Made by a program: the position numbers and the translations under genes
DNA from: Bdellovibrionota bacterium
GTDB taxonomy: Bacteria; Bdellovibrionota_C; UBA2361; JBGSMV01
Direction: 5' to 3'
DNA: 64,000 nucleotides
Assembly: GCA_041739995.1 (NCBI GenBank)
Contig: JBGSMV010000018.1
Span: 1 to 64,000 of the forward strand
Notes under the pieces: model-generated
What the model was told of the DNA's origin: nothing
Databases searched by the model: none
The model's input: the letters and a program-made list of their open reading frames with translations, nothing else
Shown here: positions 59,707-64,000 of the stretch, piece by piece
Numbering within the stretch: the stretch's first letter is position 1
How the letters are laid out: each line of letters starts with the position of its first letter

Positions 59707-60510
59707 ATGAAGTTATCCATTGTTATTCCATGTTTTAATGAGAGAGAGACTATTCAGCAGATCGTCTCAGCGGTGCGCGCTTCGCCGGTGGCTGACAAGG
59801 AAATCATCATAGTCGACGACTGTTCCACCGACGGCACTCGAGAAGTATTACGCAACACGATTGCGTCTCAAGTTGATAAGATCGTCTTTCACGAACAAAA
59901 CCAGGGGAAAGGAGCGGCGCTTCGCACTGGAATCCGTGAAGCCACTGGAGACTTGGTGGTGATTCAAGACGCCGATCTTGAGTACGACCCTCAGGAGTAT
60001 CCGATTTTGATGGACCCGATTGTGTGCGACCGAGCAGACGTCGTTTTTGGATCGCGTTTCATGGGGGGTCAGCCGCACCGAGTGGTGTATTTCTGGCATT
60101 CGGTTGGCAATTCGGTGCTTACGCTGCTTTCCAACATGTTCACCAACATTAACCTCACCGACATGGAAACCTGCTACAAAATGTTCCGTCGTGAGGTCAT
60201 TCAATCAATAGAGATCGAAGAAGACCGCTTTGGGTTTGAGCCTGAGATCACCGCCAAGGTTGCCAAAGGCGGATGGCGAATCTTTGAGGTTGGTATCTCG
60301 TACTATGGACGCACTTACGCCGAGGGGAAGAAAATCGGTTGGCGTGATGGGTTTCGAGCCATTTTTGCAATTGTAAAATATAATCTTTTTTACCAATCCA
60401 GTGAAAAGCATCGTGCTGCAGTGAGTGCGGAGAGTAGTCGGAGAAAATCTTCTGGCTCAGGGGCTACTGCTGTTGAAACCAACGATGCAGGGCCACGTCG
60501 CGCTGCTTGA
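59707..60510 (+). CDS. GT2 polyprenol-phosphate glycosyltransferase (DPM1-like)
   Basis: [47 protein letters not shown]. Confidence 0.95.
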   Translation: MKLSIVIPCFNERETIQQIVSAVRASPVADKEIIIVDDCSTDGTREVLRNTIASQVDKIVFHEQNQGKGAALRTGIREATGDLVVIQDADLEYDPQEYPILMDPIVCDRADVVFGSRFMGGQPHRVVYFWHSVGNSVLTLLSNMFTNINLTDMETCYKMFRREVIQSIEIEEDRFGFEPEITAKVAKGGWRIFEVGISYYGRTYAEGKKIGWRDGFRAIFAIVKYNLFYQSSEKHRAAVSAESSRRKSSGSGATAVETNDAGPRRAA

Positions 60511-60526
60511 GCGACGGCGCCGTTTC

Positions 60527-61189
60527 CTATGCAGCCTTGAGTAGAAGGCTTCCCCCGATCTTTCGTGCGCGCTTAAGTCCCGCATTGAGTCTCGACTTGG
60601 CTGTCCCTTCAGGAATCCCGAGCACCTTCGCCGTTCGGACAATTCCGAGATCGTAGACGTACATCAAAGTAAGGACGTCGGCCTGTTGCTGAGGTAGTCG
60701 TTCGAGTATCTGGCGACCGAGACCTAAAGCATCCAACCTATTTTGCCTCGGTGTATCTATACCGGAATCTTCTCGCGAGGGGGTTGAGAGATCCCTGTAT
60801 GGGGAGAAAGAACGCGACTGATTCTCATCAGTGGTGTTCGAGAGATCCGTCTCATTTTTCTCCTGGCGACGTGAGGACTTACGGAAATAATCAACAATTG
60901 TATGATGAGTGATCCCGCCAAGCCAGTTTCGGAACGACCCTCGAGTGCGATCGTACTGGTCGAAATGGACAAATGCTCGAGACCATACTTCTTGAGCGAG
61001 ATCATCTCTGGTGTTCGGATCGACAATCTTACTACTCAGCATTACGCTTACAAAATCGCGGTTGTCTCTATAGAGCGCGCGAAAATGTGCAGGATCTGCA
61101 CCGACGATGAAGGTCGGTGCGGTGAGCGAAGAGAGGGGCCCTTCGGGTAACGAACGACTTGGGCTGACGGGAGCTGAGGTGTGTGGCAT
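60527..61189 (-). CDS. ECF sigma-70 factor
   Basis: DDLAQEVW..FRNWLGGITHHTIVD; AKVLGIPEGTAKSRL; RBS AAGGAG. Confidence 0.9.
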   Translation of the reverse strand: MPHTSAPVSPSRSLPEGPLSSLTAPTFIVGADPAHFRALYRDNRDFVSVMLSSKIVDPNTRDDLAQEVWSRAFVHFDQYDRTRGSFRNWLGGITHHTIVDYFRKSSRRQEKNETDLSNTTDENQSRSFSPYRDLSTPSREDSGIDTPRQNRLDALGLGRQILERLPQQQADVLTLMYVYDLGIVRTAKVLGIPEGTAKSRLNAGLKRARKIGGSLLLKAA

Positions 61190-61621
61190 CAAGAGACTCC
61201 TTTACTTAAAGAAGCGAACTGAAGGCCGAAGCAAATATTTCATATTCAGTAGTGGATGGGTATTCACAATCGAAAAGTACCGCGGTGCAACAATCTAACC
61301 GTGCGGAAAATCTGATACCAATTTTATGGTGTAAAATAAGCTACTTAAGCGGGAGGGCGCGCAGGTGCGCTGCGGCGCTGCTCGACCAAAGATTTTCGTA
61401 GGTCGTCTCGGGAAACCCTTGATGCGCTCTCGAGGACTCGCGGATGAGCATGTCCGAGAGAGCACTGAGCAGGTACTTGGGTTTTTGAGTTTGAAGCTGA
61501 TCGTATGAGTCATCAACTACAGCGGGCTGTTCGCGGCGGCGATACTTTATCCACGACGCGGAAGTCGGTGACGGATACTTTTGCAAGATGCTTCGCAGCT
61601 ACTTATTGAAAGAGAAGTTCG

Positions 61622-63220
61622 ATGAACAGGCAAAAATCTAAACTGCTCTCTGGCGTGACCCTCTCCATACTGTTCGCCGTCAACTCGGCGAGCTCTCAAC
61701 TTCTCGGGCAGGGGGAGTTAGAGCTTGCCCCAGGCCGAGAGCTTCTCGTTTCGTTTACTTCTACTGAAGCAGGTATCGCGCACAGCGTGTCGCAACCGAA
61801 TCGCCGCATATTAACCGAGATGCCTCTTGCTGAGACGAATGGCGAAGTAACACTGTCGTCTACTCGCGTCGCGAGGGCTCTTGCTGCCTGCGAACAGTTC
61901 GTGAAGGCTAACCCAGGAGCAATGTGCGAGCCAAACGTACTGTTTAAGAGTTCTGCGACCCCAAACGACCCTTATTGGGCCTGGATGAAGAATCTGAGAT
62001 CAATTGACGCGCCACGAGCTTGGAATTCCGTTACGGGGTCACGCGGAGTACTGGTAGCCATCATTGACACTGGAGTCGATTATTTTCATCCAGATCTTGC
62101 CGCAAACATCGCGGTGAATGAATCAGAGATAGCGAACAACGGTATCGATGATGATGGTAACGGATATGTTGATGATAGCTTGGGTTATGACTTTGCGGGA
62201 CGAGATGGTGATCCACTAGATGAGAATGGCCACGGCACTCATGTTGCAGGGACGGTTGGCGCTAGCGGAAACGATGGTGAAGGCGTAGTGGGAGTAAGCT
62301 GGAGAGCGAGCCTGCTACCGGTTCGTGTTCTTGATCGGCACGGCTCAGGCAGTCTGGCGCAAGTTATCGCGGGCATCGACTACGCAGTTGCACGCGGCGC
62401 GCGTGTGATTAACCTCTCACTTGGCGCCCCGTATGGCTCAAAACTTCTGCTTCTTTCTCTTCAACGCGCCCAGGCCGCAGGCACAGTGATTGTAGCAGCC
62501 GCCGGTAACGATGGCTTGGACAATGATAGCTCACCTTCGTTTCCGGCCAACTATGAACTAGAGGCACTTATTTCGGTCGCGGCTACAGATAGAGATGATT
62601 TACTGGCTGATTTCTCCAACTTTGGCGCCAAGTCGGTGCATCTCGCTGCTCCAGGTGTCTCGATACTAAGCACCTACCTATTTGGGTCGTATGTTTTTCT
62701 AAGTGGAACCTCGATGGCGACTCCGCATGTATCCGGCGCAGCCGCATTGGTGCTCGGTCTGAATCCAACCCTCACAGGCGTTCAGGTAAAGGATTTATTG
62801 CTTAATTCCAGCGACAAACTATCCGCACTCGAGGGGCTGGTAGTCAGCGGCGGTAGATTAAATGTGGGGAGCGCGATATCGAGCGTGTTAGCCGGAAGGA
62901 CCCCTGAACCGCGTGAGGGGCATGACGTCGAGGGGCTAGGGATAGATGTTGCTGTTCGATATGCGAAGAATGGTGAACGCGCGCTTGTTGTAGCGGAGGT
63001 CTATTCTTTGGTGACCGGACTTGAAGTGGTAGGAGCCGAGGCCAAGTTAGTTTGTGGACGACGTAAAATAGTGGGGCGAGGGATCTCGGGAGCGGATGGA
63101 CGCCTAAAATTTAGAGTGATCCGCTCTGATCAAGCGGTCTATTGTTCGGTGCGAGTGCAGAACGAGGGTGTTTCGACTTCCTCGGGCATTGTCGGAGTAC
63201 GCGCAAGCGCTTCACGATGA
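61622..63220 (+). CDS. Secreted S8 subtilisin-like serine protease
   Basis: IIDTGVD, HGTHVAG, AAGN, GTSMATPHV; signal peptide. Confidence 0.96.
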   Translation: MNRQKSKLLSGVTLSILFAVNSASSQLLGQGELELAPGRELLVSFTSTEAGIAHSVSQPNRRILTEMPLAETNGEVTLSSTRVARALAACEQFVKANPGAMCEPNVLFKSSATPNDPYWAWMKNLRSIDAPRAWNSVTGSRGVLVAIIDTGVDYFHPDLAANIAVNESEIANNGIDDDGNGYVDDSLGYDFAGRDGDPLDENGHGTHVAGTVGASGNDGEGVVGVSWRASLLPVRVLDRHGSGSLAQVIAGIDYAVARGARVINLSLGAPYGSKLLLLSLQRAQAAGTVIVAAAGNDGLDNDSSPSFPANYELEALISVAATDRDDLLADFSNFGAKSVHLAAPGVSILSTYLFGSYVFLSGTSMATPHVSGAAALVLGLNPTLTGVQVKDLLLNSSDKLSALEGLVVSGGRLNVGSAISSVLAGRTPEPREGHDVEGLGIDVAVRYAKNGERALVVAEVYSLVTGLEVVGAEAKLVCGRRKIVGRGISGADGRLKFRVIRSDQAVYCSVRVQNEGVSTSSGIVGVRASASR

Positions 63221-63268
63221 TACTTTCAGAAATTCGCACCGAAAAAGAACGATTCGATTGCGAGGCCC

Positions 63269-64000
63269 TTAGGTAGTTAATCGCTTGGTAAGCGAGACTA
63301 CCTTGACATTTGCGCTTACCAAAGCGCGCGCCATCCCGCGCACTAGCTCCAGCACGGTGGTGGGGCGTGCGCGCATCAATTGCAGGAACTCACCTTTGGG
63401 GAGTTTTAGAACTAGTGATTGAGCGGTTGAAACCACGCTTGCAGAACGAGGGGCGTCGGCGAGCGCTGAAATCACACCAAATATTTCATCCTTTTCGATT
63501 TGGCCAACCTTCACTGAGTCCACAAATACCTCGAGTTTGCCTTCGATCAGTGTATAGACATCATCGCTAACATCGCCTTGTTTAATCAGCACCTCGCCAT
63601 CCATGACCGTTACTGGCATTGGTGAGGTCCCTTCGCTTGCCCCGAGGGTCCTCGCCATGAACTCAGCGGTTAAGGCAGTAAAGAGTTCGCGCTCCGCATG
63701 CATCAGGCCGAACCAATTTTGAAAAAATTCATGATCATTACGGAGTAGGTCTTCACAACTCCCCCATGAAATTTTTTGCGCCCGAATGGCAAAGTTGCAT
63801 CGAAGCGAACATCCGCGAGAGACAGAGTGTGGTGAGATAACATCTCCGACCTCGATGGACGCAAGGGGGAACCCACCCAGTCGAAAATCGGCACAGCCTT
63901 CCGTGAGCAGTAGTACGGCTCGTTCGTTGCGAGCGAGCTCACCTAGATCGGTGTCAGACGGGATAAGCGTCTCAGGAGCACCGAGCATAGATAGATTGCT
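63269..64000 (-). CDS. Cyclic-nucleotide-binding domain protein (frame open to the window edge, probably partial)
   Basis: LIKQGD..VYTLIEGKLEV..IFGVIS..PRSASV; second degenerate cNMP-like segment N-terminally. Confidence 0.85.
   Translation of the reverse strand, partial: SNLSMLGAPETLIPSDTDLGELARNERAVLLLTEGCADFRLGGFPLASIEVGDVISPHSVSRGCSLRCNFAIRAQKISWGSCEDLLRNDHEFFQNWFGLMHAERELFTALTAEFMARTLGASEGTSPMPVTVMDGEVLIKQGDVSDDVYTLIEGKLEVFVDSVKVGQIEKDEIFGVISALADAPRSASVVSTAQSLVLKLPKGEFLQLMRARPTTVLELVRGMARALVSANVKVVSLTKRLTT

Noticed and set aside
61295..61586. Small ORFs between the ECF sigma and the S8 protease as a possible anti-sigma
   Set aside because: No TM, zinc-binding HxxxCxxC motif or clear RBS; two overlapping frames are equally weak
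1..64000. tRNA, rRNA, prophage or integrase genes
   Set aside because: No such signatures found on reading either strand

Overview
Bacterial chromosomal window from a diderm, flagellated, type IV-piliated organism. Gene content and order suggest a deltaproteobacterial/Bdellovibrionota-like lineage (inference). It opens with the left end of an IS3-family element. It then carries a patatin, a CbbX/SpoVK-type AAA+ ATPase, lemA plus an M48 peptidase, a four-gene minor-pilin operon, cmk-rpsA, mutS, an Amidase_3, a tRNA nucleotidyltransferase, a degenerate ArgRS-like ORF upstream of a SPOR protein, a membrane PP2C phosphatase, a PRMT-like methyltransferase, psd and a DTW protein. Next come a flgBC-fliEF-(no fliG)-fliHIJ-motE flagellar operon, a Hef/FANCM-like SF2 helicase translationally coupled to recJ, two orphan ECF sigma factors bracketing a glycosyltransferase cluster, an S8 protease and a cNMP-binding protein. 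Intergenic spaces are densely filled with at least four families of palindromic repeats, the largest a ~143-bp IS630-type MITE (7 copies plus a longer variant). Best candidates for something new: the helicase-RecJ module, the pseudo-ArgRS, the FliG-less basal-body operon and a structured rpsA leader. All family assignments rest on motifs read by eye; no database searches were run. No tRNA, rRNA or CRISPR array was seen.
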